This document shows positions 13,385-26,570 of a DNA stretch of 64,000 nucleotides, in pieces. Where the stretch lies: assembly GCA_050084985.1 (NCBI GenBank), contig JBITNC010000001.1:202616001-202680000 (forward strand), read 5' to 3'. The notes under the pieces were generated by a model, which saw only the letters and a list, made by a program, of their open reading frames with translations, did no database searches and had not been told where the DNA came from. How positions within the stretch are numbered: position 1 is the first letter of the stretch; every line of letters begins with the position of its first letter. The DNA is from Nageia nagi. Taxonomy: Eukaryota > Plantae > Pinophyta. The position numbers and the translations under genes are program-made.

Positions 13385-14949
13385 TGTTGGTATGTTTTTC
13401 TTTCCTAGTCCAAAACATGCACAAGATTTGGAGGAAACAGCATTACTTGTCTCCACCTAAAAGGACTGGTTACTCCAAGCGCTCACATGGATTATAGTCT
13501 TAAGGCACAATAGTCAGAAATGCATGTTGTTAACCGTATACAAGGGAAATACAACGTTGGAGTTCTTTTCCACAATGAGGAAAGCCTGCAAATGTGAACA
13601 AAAGCAAAGAAAGATAACAAATGCAGGGACAAACATAGGGATGAGTGCAAAGGAATATAAAGAAAATGAACTTATGAAGATATCACCAATGATGCAGTGT
13701 CTCAACAAGTCATCTCCGGATTCATTAAGATGGGTGTATTCACTATCAAGTCAGGTAACAAATAGCAATGAGCTCTCAAATTACTACCATACGAGAGCAA
13801 GGAGTTGTAGGGTCTTGGTGGAAGACTTGATGGAAAAAGGATAAATGAAGTGAAGTCGTGAATACACAGGCCTAACCGAATGACATAGAGACAAGCTATA
13901 CGCTCCATAATATATCCACTTGCGTGTAAACCATGCAAAGAATAACCATTTCAACAAATATTCAATATGCAACTTCAGGAAGAAAACTATTCAGACATGC
14001 ATAATCCCACAAATGACAATCTTCATAGTATTTAATTTGTAGCTCTATTCCAAAAAGAAATCAATGTATGATAATATTCAATAACATGAGTAGTGAAATT
14101 CCTTGCCTGATAGCAGTAACCTCAAAATGATATTCATTGATTCAAAATAGAGATGCAATGGTACGCAATCATAGCAAGCATAGAACCCCTTACTCAGCAA
14201 TCTTCTATGCAATGGAATGCTGAAATCTTTTTATATGCAAACTCACATACATGCTAAATCCTCACAGATAGGCAAGGATACGCAAAAATGACACATATGC
14301 TATGGATTCTTCAATTTTGCAAATGTAAAGAAATTCCTCCAATTCTTACAAATGCAAAACCTCATGCAATCAATGTTATGCAATATTCCAAATGCAAAAA
14401 TCCCAAATGCCAAAATCCCCTTCTAAATCACCATGATGGAGTATAAATAGGCCATTAGAAGTGTTTCCCTAAGGGCATTGAATCCAATATGGGGTGCACA
14501 CATGCAACACACATATCGATACAAAATATGATTGTTCACATGAAACGATGCAAGTGGCACTTAAAAGTCTGACAAAATATAAATGCCACTACCAAAATGC
14601 ATTTAATCTACCCCTAAACTACTCAAAAGTAAATCAGATATGCAATGAAATTCTGACATCTGAATCGGCAAAAGCAAAACCTCATCCCTGCACCGATCAG
14701 AGTCATAAATGAGTCTGATAGATTTGATCTGGCGGGAGAAAAAACTCATCCCTGCAGTAGTCAAATCAAGTAAATAGAGTCTGACATAATAACAACCATC
14801 ATAAAACATGCATTAAACAAAAGAAAGATCGTTGCAGAGAGAATATGGGAGTGGATCAAATCTAGGCCAGATCTATTCCGGTGTCGGCGGAGTTCCACTC
14901 CTCGTTGGTGAGACCGTATGACTCAATGGTCTCCTCCAACAACACCACA

Positions 14950-17900
14950 GTCTTCTGTACGCCCTTGGAAATCATGCCAACGATGTTTGCCATTTTGCCG
15001 AAAGTAGTCCTCTATCTTTTTGGATGTCGCCTACATTTGGTGCCTCCATATGACCATCCGCCTTTTGTGGAAAATGGGATGACCTACCTTCAACAAACTA
15101 AGGCGTCGATGTCTAAATGCACCTATATCAGGTTCTGAGCCTTTGCCAATACTGCCTCCTTCCTCCTTACGTTGTTGTCCTCCCCTTGGAACTTAAGCTA
15201 ATAGAGATAGTTGCTCATTTGTTCCTCGACCTCCTTTCTCAAGGGGATTCTAAGTTTCAGTACTACATTGCACTTCTCAAGTGCATGATTCAACCAGTTG
15301 TGGTGGTAGGTGAAATAGTGGCAATAGACTAATTTCTCAAGATTTGCGTAAATGTGCTGCAAATGGGATACATTGGGAAGTTAGCCATTTAACATAAGCC
15401 ATTTAACATGTTGAGGTGTGCTGAGATTTTTGTCTTAAGGTCCTTGATTTCCACACCTTTAGCAAGGAGCTTGTAGATTTGAGAAGACAATCTCTTCATA
15501 GCCTCCATCATTTCTTTCTTCACCTTCTCCTTCATCAATTTCCATCCTTCATGGAAGGAGGTGTGCTTCTTCAGATCAAGGGGGGCAGTATTGACCTTCT
15601 GGAACTCATTGATGATCTTCTTGCTGGTCGTGAGTTCCTTTTCAGCCTCTTCACCTTGTTTTTGGCTTCATAGCCCTCCTACTCCATGACTACAGCATTT
15701 TGAGTGTCTATATGCTTGCGGGCTATCAATCCTAATTTTATGAGCAACTTAAACGTCTCAATTACATAGTCTTCTACTCTCTGAGGATGTTTCTCCTTTG
15801 AACAACAATGGTTGATGGAGATTTCCTTTCGAGTGGTAGAAACAAATCTATCAACCCTTCAAATCTTCTCACCATCCGAAAGCTCCTCTTCCTCATCTTC
15901 AAAGCACAGATCCTGGTCTATATCTTCGTCATGAGCCTTACTCATGCTGAGGGCTTTAAGGCAGGCATCCAAGTCAAGATTCAGATGCTCGATTGTTGGT
16001 TAGGGAGGAAGCCTCTGTACCAACAATCATCCCTTATTGATTTTCTTGACCTCTTTCGCCGGAGTAGTTTGAACAAGGGTAATCTCCTTACTCTGGTGCT
16101 CTTTCTGTCTTCTCTTCTTTTGCTCTTTAGTCTCTCGTACATCTTCTTCATCTCTATCATCACCACCTATAGATATGCTTTTGTTCCATGGTTGGGGGGG
16201 CCTTTCATGGTTGGTTCTCTTCATAGAGGGTTTCTGTGAAGAAGAGGGGGAGCTTTCCTATGCTTGGCAAGAGAGGGTTTGGAGGCACCCACCTCTTTGG
16301 CACACTTTACTCCAATGACTTGGACCTCATCATCATCATAGGTTCTAATGTCCACAATCTCGTCGTCTTCTTGGAGATTCTTCATCTTTGTTTCGTTAGG
16401 TGCAGAGGCACCTACAGCTACATCGTCTTGCTTGGAGAACTGCTCGTCAACAACATCACCATCGTCATCATCTTCCTCTTCTTCTTCTGCCCCACCATAG
16501 CTATCTAACTCTTCTTCGGAGTCTTCTGCTATACGGTCGAGCTCTTCATCAGTCTCTTCATCAAAAGAGAAAGTAGAATGTTCAAAACTGGAACTAGAAG
16601 TTGGTTGCAATTGGGGGACTTTCTCCCTACATCTAGGAGAACAAGTGGGTCTGGAAGGGTCCTCTTTTGTGTACGAATCATTGGCGCAAACCTCATCCAG
16701 TATGTCTGAGGGGATAGTGCGATAGCCAACATCCTTGAGATCAGCCATTATTACGCTACGCTTGCTAGAGCTTGGAATATACTCCCTCGGAGCCTCTTTC
16801 CTCTTTCCAGTGGGAAGCAAGGGCGCCTTGACTGGCGGAGGTGCAACGCAAACAGGAGGAGGGGATGATTTGATCATGAGTGGGACCTCTTTAGATTTAG
16901 ACTTGGTAATTTGGGGTCTCTAAGGTGGTTTCTCCGCTTGGAAGGGAGCCTTGTTCTTGCTAAAGATAGCATCTATCTTCGCAATCTCCTCCTCATCTTG
17001 CACGTTTCAATACTTCTCCACATTCCCTAAGGACTTATGCTAAAAACTGATAGGCTTGTGGAACGCAGTGTTGTAGAGATGTGCAATTGCACCTCTAGGA
17101 TCATAGTTCCTCGATGCTACCTCCTTGAGGAAGACATACTGCTGCAGCTCCTTCATACTAGCTGCTTCAACCCAGGTCTGAAACACATATCTTGCAATTG
17201 AGATAGGCAAGTTAATGGTCGCATTCTTCTTCTTCCAAACTCTCTCTTTCAAGAACAAGAGTTGCCTAGCAAACTCCATGAGGATGAGCCTATCATTGGC
17301 ATATCTCGGTAGGAGCAGGGGTTGCTCTTTGGAGCCATAGACCATGATGAATGTATGGTCAATATCTTGCAGGAAGAAATCTGCATGTACACTGATAACT
17401 TGGATGGTTGCATCAAAAATCCTCTTCACCATGGATTCCCCTTTGATATCTTTATAGATATCATATTCCCACCAGTCATTTCTCTCATAGAAATGCTGGA
17501 ACTTGTTTTGGAACCACCACTTTGGATAAACCCGCCACACGGGAATGCCTTTTTGTCCCAAGTATCTTTCATCAGCAAGTTCCTTGGATCTGACCTTGCT
17601 ATACAACAATAGGTACACAAGATAGAAGTTCATGTAGAATCTCCTTGAGGAGCCAAAATAAGCCAACTGGTGGCGTAGGGCATCACTAATCACCGCACCC
17701 CACCAGATAGATCTCCCTGAGCTAATGACTGCAATGAAGCCTGTAAACTCCTTCCTATACTTTGCATCATTTTTCTGACCAGTAACCCTGGACAAAAGAG
17801 TGATCAGCTTGGCCACGACAGGCAAGAACTCCTCTTTCGGAGCGTTGATCAACCTCTAGCCCTGAAGGTTCTGGTAATCTTTGAGTAGCCATGGTCGAAT

Positions 17901-18413
17901 GTAGTCCCCAGGCCGGGCCATGGAATCATGGAATTCCTCAGAATCCAGTATGTAGTAGTTCCCATATCTTTTCCAGCCAAAGGTTGTTTCAATTCCACCA
18001 AAGGAGAAGTCCATAATTACATTTCCCTTCATGTTTCGTAGGACTCTCTTGTCGTATTCACATCTCCTGGCTACCTCGTAGCACTATCAGAAAAAGGTGC
18101 CGTGAAAGGCATCATGGTGGCGTTGAACAATCCACAAGTGTGGATAAGTTCCTTTGATAAATCCTCCTTACTGATGGAGGCAGTGGAGGCTAAAGTCTGG
18201 ATGGGGTCCAAGTTTCCCCAGTCTGTATCACCAACAAAGATGTATCGCCCCTTAAATTTGGCTTTAGGGAGTTAGGGTCTTTCTCTCTCTTGAAACTCAA
18301 TCAAACTCTCTCTTGAAAGTCAAATCATCTGGTTCTTAGTCACATGTCTCTCGAACAACTATCCTTGAACCTTCTAAGCTCTTAATGGAGGTGGTTTAAC
18401 TTTGGAAGCCATG
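14950..18413 (-). pseudogene. Degenerate accessory ORF of element C (~1100 codons): conserved N-terminal domain, acidic/Pro linker, coiled-coil-like C-terminus
   Basis: Starts MASKVKPPPLRA; collinear ORF pieces 17040-17852 (270 aa) and 16221-16877 (218 aa); similarity to the remnant at 39050-40500. Function unknown. Confidence 0.7.
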
Positions 18414-18649
18414 CAGGGATGTCTGAAAATGCCCCCAGGAGAACCTAAGGAGAAGTCTAGATGCTGTGAAGGATGCAGCAGGAAAGGGCCAAACGTGTAA
18501 GTTTGGGCTGCAAGACGTCCAACACACTGAATAAAAGTTGACTTCTTTTTATAAGAGATGCATGGAGGGTGAATGTATGGTAGAGTGCATGTCTGCCACT
18601 TGTCTCCTTCTCTTCTCAACTCCTGGCATCTCAAACTTAACAAATTTCA

Positions 18650-20070
18650 GCTTGTAACCTTGGGTGTACGGTTTTGAATTAGTGCAAAAGCACTGTCTGG
18701 AATGCATGCAACTGGGTCCTGGCACACTTAGTTAATTTTTGGGGTACAATCCTCCATTTCACATTTGTGTGCTGGATGAATGGAAAAGCATGCACCTCAA
18801 ATTCAGGGGCTCAACTTGAAATGCCTTAGCCAAAAATGTCTATCTGGATGCACAAACAACCCTCAGCACCTTATTTCTCCTTGGTGCACCGTTTTGAATG
18901 AGTGCAAAAGCATGTACCATAAATGGTGCGATTGGGAAGCAGGGTGAAAATCTGAAATGAAGTGATAAAAATGACTAAGGGGTAGCTTACCATTTATAAC
19001 TTTCCAAGTTGCCACATGTCGCCCCTTGATTGATTGAAGTTAGGATCAAATGGAGGAGTCAAAATGGAGAGTGCATGGTTTAAGGTGAGTGCAAAAGCAT
19101 ATGCAAAAATGTATGCGCCAAAAAGTGAGGGACTTAGTCAAATTTCACACCAAACTGAAGCTCTATTTTCCTGGTCACACCTTTTAGGACGAGTGCAAAA
19201 GCATGCACCTTAAAGTATGCGCTTGGGCCTCCTTGCTAAATTTCTAACAATCAATTTTACTCCTAGGCCAGGACGTCTAAGACTGGGCACATGGTTTTGG
19301 AAGAGTCCTTTTTCATGAACATATAATGATGCGACTAGCCAATGGCACACCTCCCAATGCAAGAAATCCCAGAAAAAGGTGAAAATGATTCAAAATGCTC
19401 TTTGAAATAGGACGTGCCTTTCTCCTATACTCCATGTAGTGCTCCAAACATAGCCATCCGAACATACTAACTGGGGTTGACCTTCCTTTTATAGCCCTCT
19501 TGAACGGGACAGGCATCATCATGTGATTGGTGCAAGAGGGGGTCAAATGTATGTAGTTACACTTGTCAACGACCGAGCCCAACGCTTAGCCAAATTTCCT
19601 CTGAACCTGGTCTCATGGTTTGGGATGGGTGCAAAAGCATGCACCTGAAAGTATGCGAATAGCCCTATAAGCTCCAAAAACAATTAAGTATAGGTCTTCT
19701 TTCACCTTGGTCGCACCATTTTGAGGATGTGGAAAACACATACCTTAAAGCATGTGACTGAGCCATTTACCAAAAAATGCTAAGTATGGAAGCTCCTAGC
19801 CCTGATTGCACCATTTTGGGGATGTGCAAAAGCATGTCCCTCAAAACATGCAACTGGCTGAAAAAAATGTTTTTATCTTGAAATCTGACCAGAACGACCT
19901 TAAACATGAAAATGCAATGATAGAGAAATGAACTTTTGCGACATGAGGGACTCGACAGTGCAATTTTAAGGCTGAAAAATGCAGGTATGAGTATGAAAAT
20001 GCAGCATGAGCTTGGTTGTACCGTTTAGGGGATGTGCAAAAGCACGTCCCTCAAAACATGCAACTGAGGA
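18650..20070. repeat. Dispersed array of about 9 copies of a TTTTG-N-GTGCAAAAGCATGCACC-like motif
   Basis: Cores near 18681, 18781, 18901, 19087, 19191, 19627, 19726, 19821, 20031. Confidence 0.8.
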
Positions 20071-21880
20071 ATAGTGTATATTTCTGACTTGGGTTGATCA
20101 TGAATGTGCAAGTTTAACATGTTTCCCGAAACTAGACCAAAATGCATACATTCCCTTTAGACATATGTTTGTTTCCATGCATTCGCATTTGATTTTTGAA
20201 AATTTTGGGGGGTGTTGTGCAAGCACAACAGGAATGACCTTGTGCAACTTGCCCATGTTTTTGCTTTTCAAAATTTGCATGTTGAAATTTGGCCAAAATG
20301 AACTTTCTCTTGCTTAGGTGCCAATTTTTGGGCTTTTATGGTGTCAAAGATTGAAAAATTGTGCCTAGCCTCTAGGCATGCAAATTTTGCTCATTTTTCG
20401 AATCCCTTTGCCATTTGATGTGCAATTTGAAGATGAATCCTCCCATGCTTTCAAGAAAATTTTCATTTTTTTTGTGAAAAATGACCTTATTTCCTCCTTA
20501 GGCACTAATTTTTGGTGTTTGATGACACCAAAGCCTCAAAACATGTGCCTAAATATGGGAAACTTATTTTTGGAGCAATTTGGAAAACTTCAACCCTAAA
20601 CTTGCTTGATTTTTGCTACTCTTCAATACCCATTTTTTTTTATTTTCAATTTAATCATGTCAAAATTTCACCATTTCCAAGTGCATGCATACTAGGTGCC
20701 AAAAAAAAGTGTTTGATGGTGTCAAAGCTTGAAATCATGCACCTAGATTTTGGAGGAGTATTTTTGGTTCATTTGGGTTGGTCCCAAAGGCAAATTTGTG
20801 TAAAATTTTATCCTCCATCATGCCATGTGTTCAAAACAATTTCAAATTTTGGTGAGAAATGAGCTATCTTCATGCTAGGCACTAAAAAATGAGCTTTGAT
20901 GACATCAAAGCATGAAAAAATACACCTAAGTTTGGGGGGCATGATTTTAATCCATTTTAGAAACATTCAAGAACAAATTTGCTCAATTTTCCATTCTCCA
21001 CAATACTCATGCGCCCAAATTTCTAATTAGTGAAGTTGACATTTTATCAATTTTGAGTGCAATTGGGTCTAGGCACCAAAACTTTCCCTTTGATGGTGTC
21101 AATCCCTCAAAACATACACCTATGTCCCTTGGACACAAAATTTGAGTTTTTCCAAAAATTCGAAGTGCAAACCTGCCTCATTTTGCCTCCTACACCTTGC
21201 CATGTCATCAAAATTGGATTCAAAATTTTGTGAAAAATGTATACTTTGAGCCTAGGTGCCATTTTTCCTTCTTTGATGGCCTCAAACCCCAAAAATATGC
21301 CCCTAACTCTCCTTGGTGCAATTTTGATCCAATTCACAAATTTCCAAGCCCAAATATGCTTAGAATTTGACCCTTTATAGCTTGGCATTCTCGAAAATTC
21401 AATCCAAAAATGAGTGCTTCTATCCTTAGGCACCAATTCCTAGCCCTTGATGACATCAAAGCTTGGGAAACTACACCTAGTGGGAGAGGTAGCAACTTGG
21501 TCGGAATTCGGAGTTTCCAAAGCTTAAACTCGTATGAAACGAGGTCCTTTACTAGCTTGTGTCTTCTAATTCCAACTCTGGCAAACTCTGAAAAATGACC
21601 CCATCTTCATTGGTCCCATTCGAGACCCAAAAATCCTATATACTGGTGGAGTCACTGGATCCTGGCTCCTTGGCTTCAAAATTGGTGCTTGGATGCTTTG
21701 ATACTCTTCAAGGTCTTCAATGAGTAATTATCATGTATCACTCCCTGATATCATCTTTATACCGTTCAGAATCAACTATCTATTGCCTAAAGCCAATATC
21801 AAGGCAATGCACCTCATTGTCTTTGCAAAAATAGGGTCCCCAAAATCTTGTATTTTGGGGTATGTTGTGCAAGCACAACA

Positions 21881-22571
21881 GAATGTGGACAATGAAGATG
21901 ATGATTTCTTGTAGGGATATGGACTTGAACACCTAGAGAAGATGGCTGAAGGTTTGGTTGATAAAGAAGAGTTGGAAAGCCAAGACATGCTAGGATCACC
22001 AAGCAAACCTTCAAGAAGTAAGACATGAAACAAAGGAAAGGAGATCAGGGGAAGCAACAACAAAGGAAAGAATGAAGGGGAAAAAAAAAGACTAACATGT
22101 TTGATGTGTTTGAGGGATCTTCTTTGTATTTTGCAAATTCAAAGAAATATTGCCAAATGTATTTCAAAATTTATGTACTCACTTTGTTAGTATGCAGCCT
22201 ATGCACTATGCAGTATTTTGATACGAAAAACATGTTTTCCTCATCTATAATGCAATATCATGTGTTTTGGTAATAGCAAATGGCACCTACTTTTCAGTTT
22301 TCAAGACTGTTGTAATAGCAAATGACTGTGTTTTTGTAATATGTTTTGGTTATATTTAAATCCTCTCTTGCAAATGACTGTTGTAATAGCAAATGACTGT
22401 TGTAATGACTGCTGCAATAGCAAAGACTCTTGTAATATTTAAAACAAAAAAATTAAATGACTGCTGGTATATTTTTTCTGCATTTTTTTTTCCAAACATT
22501 TGTCAAATCGTCGATTAATCTCCTCAGCAGCGAAAACAATTAGTGGCGAAGAGAAAACTTTCGAACACTAC
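21881..22571 (+). mobile_element. Probable hAT-type DNA transposon 3' end fragment
   Basis: Acidic transposase-tail-like stretch (NVDNEDDDFL); short repeats gcaaatgactgttgtaata; subterminal cgattaatc; TIR-like end ttcgaacacta. Confidence 0.45.
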
Positions 22572-22579
22572 CATAAACT

Positions 22580-23180
22580 ATCTAAAAGAAGTGCTTCGCA
22601 CAATAATTCATCTTAGGATTAAGTGGTGAGGAAGGGGAGGTCCATGTTATGAGAGAGTACTGTCAGTAAATATCAGCACAAATCAACCTAGGAGTGCTCT
22701 CCATCGAAGGACGAGGTTGAGGGGGTCAACCAAAGAGTGCTTAAAGGGAGGAAGTTAATCATTGGAGAAACCAATAGACTAGAGGTGCAAACAAGTCTCG
22801 AAGAACCAACGACAACATCTGGTAGAGCTAGACGAGGTGATTTCCTCTATGGAGAAAAAAGCTAGAAATAGACATCTCCCAAGTCTAGAGGTAGAGGCCC
22901 CCATATATCTAAGTTTTTGAATATTAAGGATGATCCAAACAATGCATTCAGGATGGAGGGGCAAAGCAACAACCGCAGCTTGGACAATGCATTGTGGAAC
23001 TATCCATTTACAATGAACCAAATGTTTGAGCATCAAAGTTTGAACTTGCTCAACATGAGTCCAATTAGTGGATTGTAAACTAGGTGCCCAAATCTCAGAC
23101 TTTGTTCTTCTTTCACAAGAGGTTTTGTCTACCATAAGAATGCAAACAACATGCAAAGAGTCCAAAAAGGAAGAAATCTC
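22580..23180 (-). mobile_element. Highly degenerate LINE ORF2 (zf-RVT region) fragment
   Basis: Weak HL..C..W and W.SP...KMN patterns on the minus strand. Confidence 0.3.
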
Positions 23181-23843
23181 TGTCTTATTTATGTCTTTAA
23201 ATCAAAAACCGAACTAATGATTTTCACCCACAAAAAATTACAACACTCAAAAAACGGATTTTTCGGTGCACCTAAGAAACTCAACATAATTGTAATTGTA
23301 TCATAAGTGGTTAACCAAATACATGATTTAACACAACTTAGATAACTTGCTAGGCTCAAAGTTTGAAACAACTTGGTAGATATTGGAGTTACAATCTCAG
23401 GAAACAAGAAAACATTAATAAAATGCTTAGAGATCTATGGAATACAATAGAACTTATGCACCACTTTTGGCACCAAGCCATAACAGAATTGAACTAGGTG
23501 TCATAGTAGAAAACAAAAGAACACAATGAAATCGGACAAGGAATACTGAAGAGCAGGAGAAAAAGGTAAGCTACCTGAATCCATTATATAAATAACTGCT
23601 ATAGCATGCAAATTATGCTCTAATAGTTTCTTCTTCCTTTGATACTCAAATCTTAAATGGTAAATGATACATATACAAATTACAGTCCCATTAATCATTT
23701 TGTTTAATAATCAACATAATGAATATCTCATTTCCTTTTATTCATATTTACTTGTTATAAGTAGCAAAATAAATATGTAAGGAATGTTGAATCACAATTC
23801 ACAACTATCATAATAATGTGCACTTCAATGTAGAGATATTTAC

Positions 23844-23938
23844 TTGAAAACACATCCTGAATCTCCAACATTTGCACATTGTGCAAAGTAGACATTATTC
23901 AAATCGTGCCACAGTAAGAGAACAGTTGCTGTGCAGCC
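23844..23938 (-). CDS. KAPP: KAPP-like PP2C exon
   Basis: tttcag|GGC...AA|gtaaat; GCTATVLLLWHDLNNVYFAQCANVGDSGCVF(N), with the ANVGDS motif; phase 2 joins exon 1947-2062. Confidence 0.93.
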
Positions 23939-26344
23939 CTGAAAAATATTTGAGAGATTGGTAAGAAAAAAATAACCCAAAATCTAATGTCCCAGTATTT
24001 GCAAAAAGAGACATTGTATCCCTTGAAAGATAAAGTTCCCATGCATCTCTCCCATAACGATCAGATCAACCCACAACTATACTGAAATTTCAAAGTGGCA
24101 AATGAAATTCTCACAAAGAAACGAATTAATTGACATTGAATTCTAAAAAGAAAAATAGCATTAAGCACAAACATTGTTTCTCCACATTTAAGTTTCTAGA
24201 AAGAAAATTTATCCATACATCACATGTCCTACTTAGAAAAACTATGTTTATTCTGTAAAACAAGAAGAAATCGACGAGTGAACATATCCTAGTCTTTTCT
24301 CCAGGTCAAATATTATTATCAGAGTTTAGGGAGTTACTCTCGAAGATGAGAATACCAAAGGGCCAAGCTCTCATGAATTAATAGAAAGCATTAATAAGAA
24401 TTGAGAACAAAAAAGAGTACAATTACAAAACATCAAGATAATGACAGATCCCAGTAAAAATTACAAGCGTAAAAAGCCTGAGATTTCAAGGAAAGAGCGC
24501 ACAATATTCATAAATGATGTTACCCAGAATGCTTTTGAAAAAATTATTTTGTTTGGAACAGGTGATGCATTGCAGTTAAACTGTTGACAGTTATATATCA
24601 TTTTGTAAAATAAGATGTCAAAGACTCAAATGCCTAACAACTTTCAATTTTCATTGAATGACATAGAGTTTCAGATATGCCAACAGAAGCAACAAACAAG
24701 CTCCTGAGAAAGTTCTGTATTAGTTACAAAACAAAAGCTTATTGTTAACAGTGAGATCCAATATTTCACGTGCCTATTGAATAATAATCACATTATGTAA
24801 TGTTATGTACTCTAGTGTTGTATCTCTAGATACTTAAATTTGATTTTGATATTTTAAAATACATTAATTTATTTATCAAAAATGACTTATTTAAGAATGT
24901 GCAAGTAGGACATATCTAAAGGGTAAATTCAAATTTTATGATTATTTCAATTTTATATCAGCTAACTTCATATTGAAGCAATATTTTCCTATAAAAGGCT
25001 TCTTGTTTCATATATGAAGGCAAATGCAAAGATTATCAAGCAAGATCATCACCAAGCTCATCCACTGGTTTCGAAATGCCATATCCTGCACAGGAAATAA
25101 TAGACCATCAACAAAGAATATTGTTTTCACTTAAAGAAGATCGTCATAGCAAATTTGTTGTGAGATCCTTATCCTTTACAGGACACATGCGACCTAGAAT
25201 TTCTGCTACAAAAAGCATGCATTCTAGAAAAAAAAATTGAATTTTGAGATTCCACTTTTTGTGCCAATCGTTTTGACATATGACATGAAAGGGTTTCGAT
25301 CACAACGAAGGTGTTACAGGCTTCATATGTTGACCAATTCTGGCTGCTCCTTCATGGTGTTAATTAGTTGTTCCTCATCTGCTAATCATTCATCCTGCAG
25401 ATTTTAAGGTTCACCCTCCAAGGCACAAGTCAGACAAAAGGCTCATGATTCTGAACTAAACTAGCCAACTTTCTCAACCCATGTTTGTATATTTCTTTTT
25501 ATCACTGGTTATCTTTCTTTATACATTTCAGCTTATCATTGCTTTGTCACTATTCATCAGGGGACAAATGGTTTGAAAAGTTAACAAACGTCATGCATAT
25601 CAGCTAAGTCTTTCAACCTTTCCTTATTCATTTCTTTATAATCATTGGTCAGCTCTTTTTATATGTCATCATTGTTCTATCACTGTTTATCAATTTTCAT
25701 TTAATGTAATAAAATTTAGAATATTTGTCAATGCATTGTTCTTTATTTTTATGTTACATATTTTGATGAACCTGTCTTCTTCATGTTATCACATACTTGA
25801 GTAGCCAATCATGCATATGCCAAATTGTCACTTTCATGTCATCTTTGTCACCATGGTTAGCATAGCATTTGAATTTCCTTTGGAAAACAAAGATAAAACT
25901 AAAGCAAACTTAAGAAAGAGCAAAAAATTGACAAAGAAAAATGCACAATTAGCGCAAATTCATGAGAAAGACAATAAAAATGCCAAAGAAAATCATAATG
26001 ATGAATATCCTAAAGAAACCTATCAACATGAGGACTATCTCAATAGCATAACAGCTTTAAATCAGCCACCAGGAACAATTTCTTAAGACAATTTCATCAA
26101 GGTTTGAAACAGGCTTGCTCTTTCCCTTGTTCATCTATTTTAAAGCTTGTCATTTTTACTTTTGTCTTTATCTCTGCTTGTTCTTGCTTATGTATGGCCA
26201 ACCCTTTCTTTCATTTGCCTCGCTTGCCTTTGATGATCTTCGCTTCTTTTTGCTCTTACTTGCTTCTCATGTGTTTCTTATGGAATCTACATTGAAATGT
26301 TCACTTTCCATTAAGGATTCACTTTATCATCATGTGCTAATGTC

Positions 26345-26570
26345 ACTTATCTTTAGGATTACCTATTCTATAGCTCATCTCAAGGATTATCTCTTACATG
26401 GCTTATCTTCAAGATTAACTCTTATATGGCTCATATTCAACATCATCTCTTATATGGCTTATCTTCAGGATTATCTTTTATATGGCTTATCTTCATGATT
26501 ATCTTCTATATGGCTTTTCTAGGGGATCATCATCTTTACAGTATGTTTACAGGATTATCATGTATTTATA
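26345..26570. repeat. Tandem repeat, ~28-bp unit (ggcttatcttcaggattatctcttatat), about 7-8 copies
   Basis: Directly visible. Confidence 0.85.

Larger units (their letters stand above)
13385..20230 (-). mobile_element. Element C: 6.85-kb TG...CA element with 5-bp TSD, one long degenerate ORF, no gag/pol (possible giant solo LTR)
   Basis: TSD GGAAT at 13380-13384 and 20231-20235; the empty site is visible in the duplicate at 12711-12740; termini TGTTGG...CACAACA. Confidence 0.88.
3850..21880 (-). mobile_element. Long non-coding LTR-like repeat (family A, outer copy), split by two insertions into ~3850-4338, 11646-13384 and 20236-21880
   Basis: Sequence reads continuously across both insertion sites; terminus GGGGTATGTTGTGCAAGCACAACA at 21880; TATA-like CTATAAATA on minus near 11790; similar to the copy at ~7620-10218. 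Left end is approximate. Confidence 0.6.

Noticed and set aside
18650-20070. Repeat-spacer pattern resembling a CRISPR array
   Set aside because: Repeats are degenerate, spacing is irregular (about 95-440 bp), the context is a eukaryotic TE and no cas genes are present
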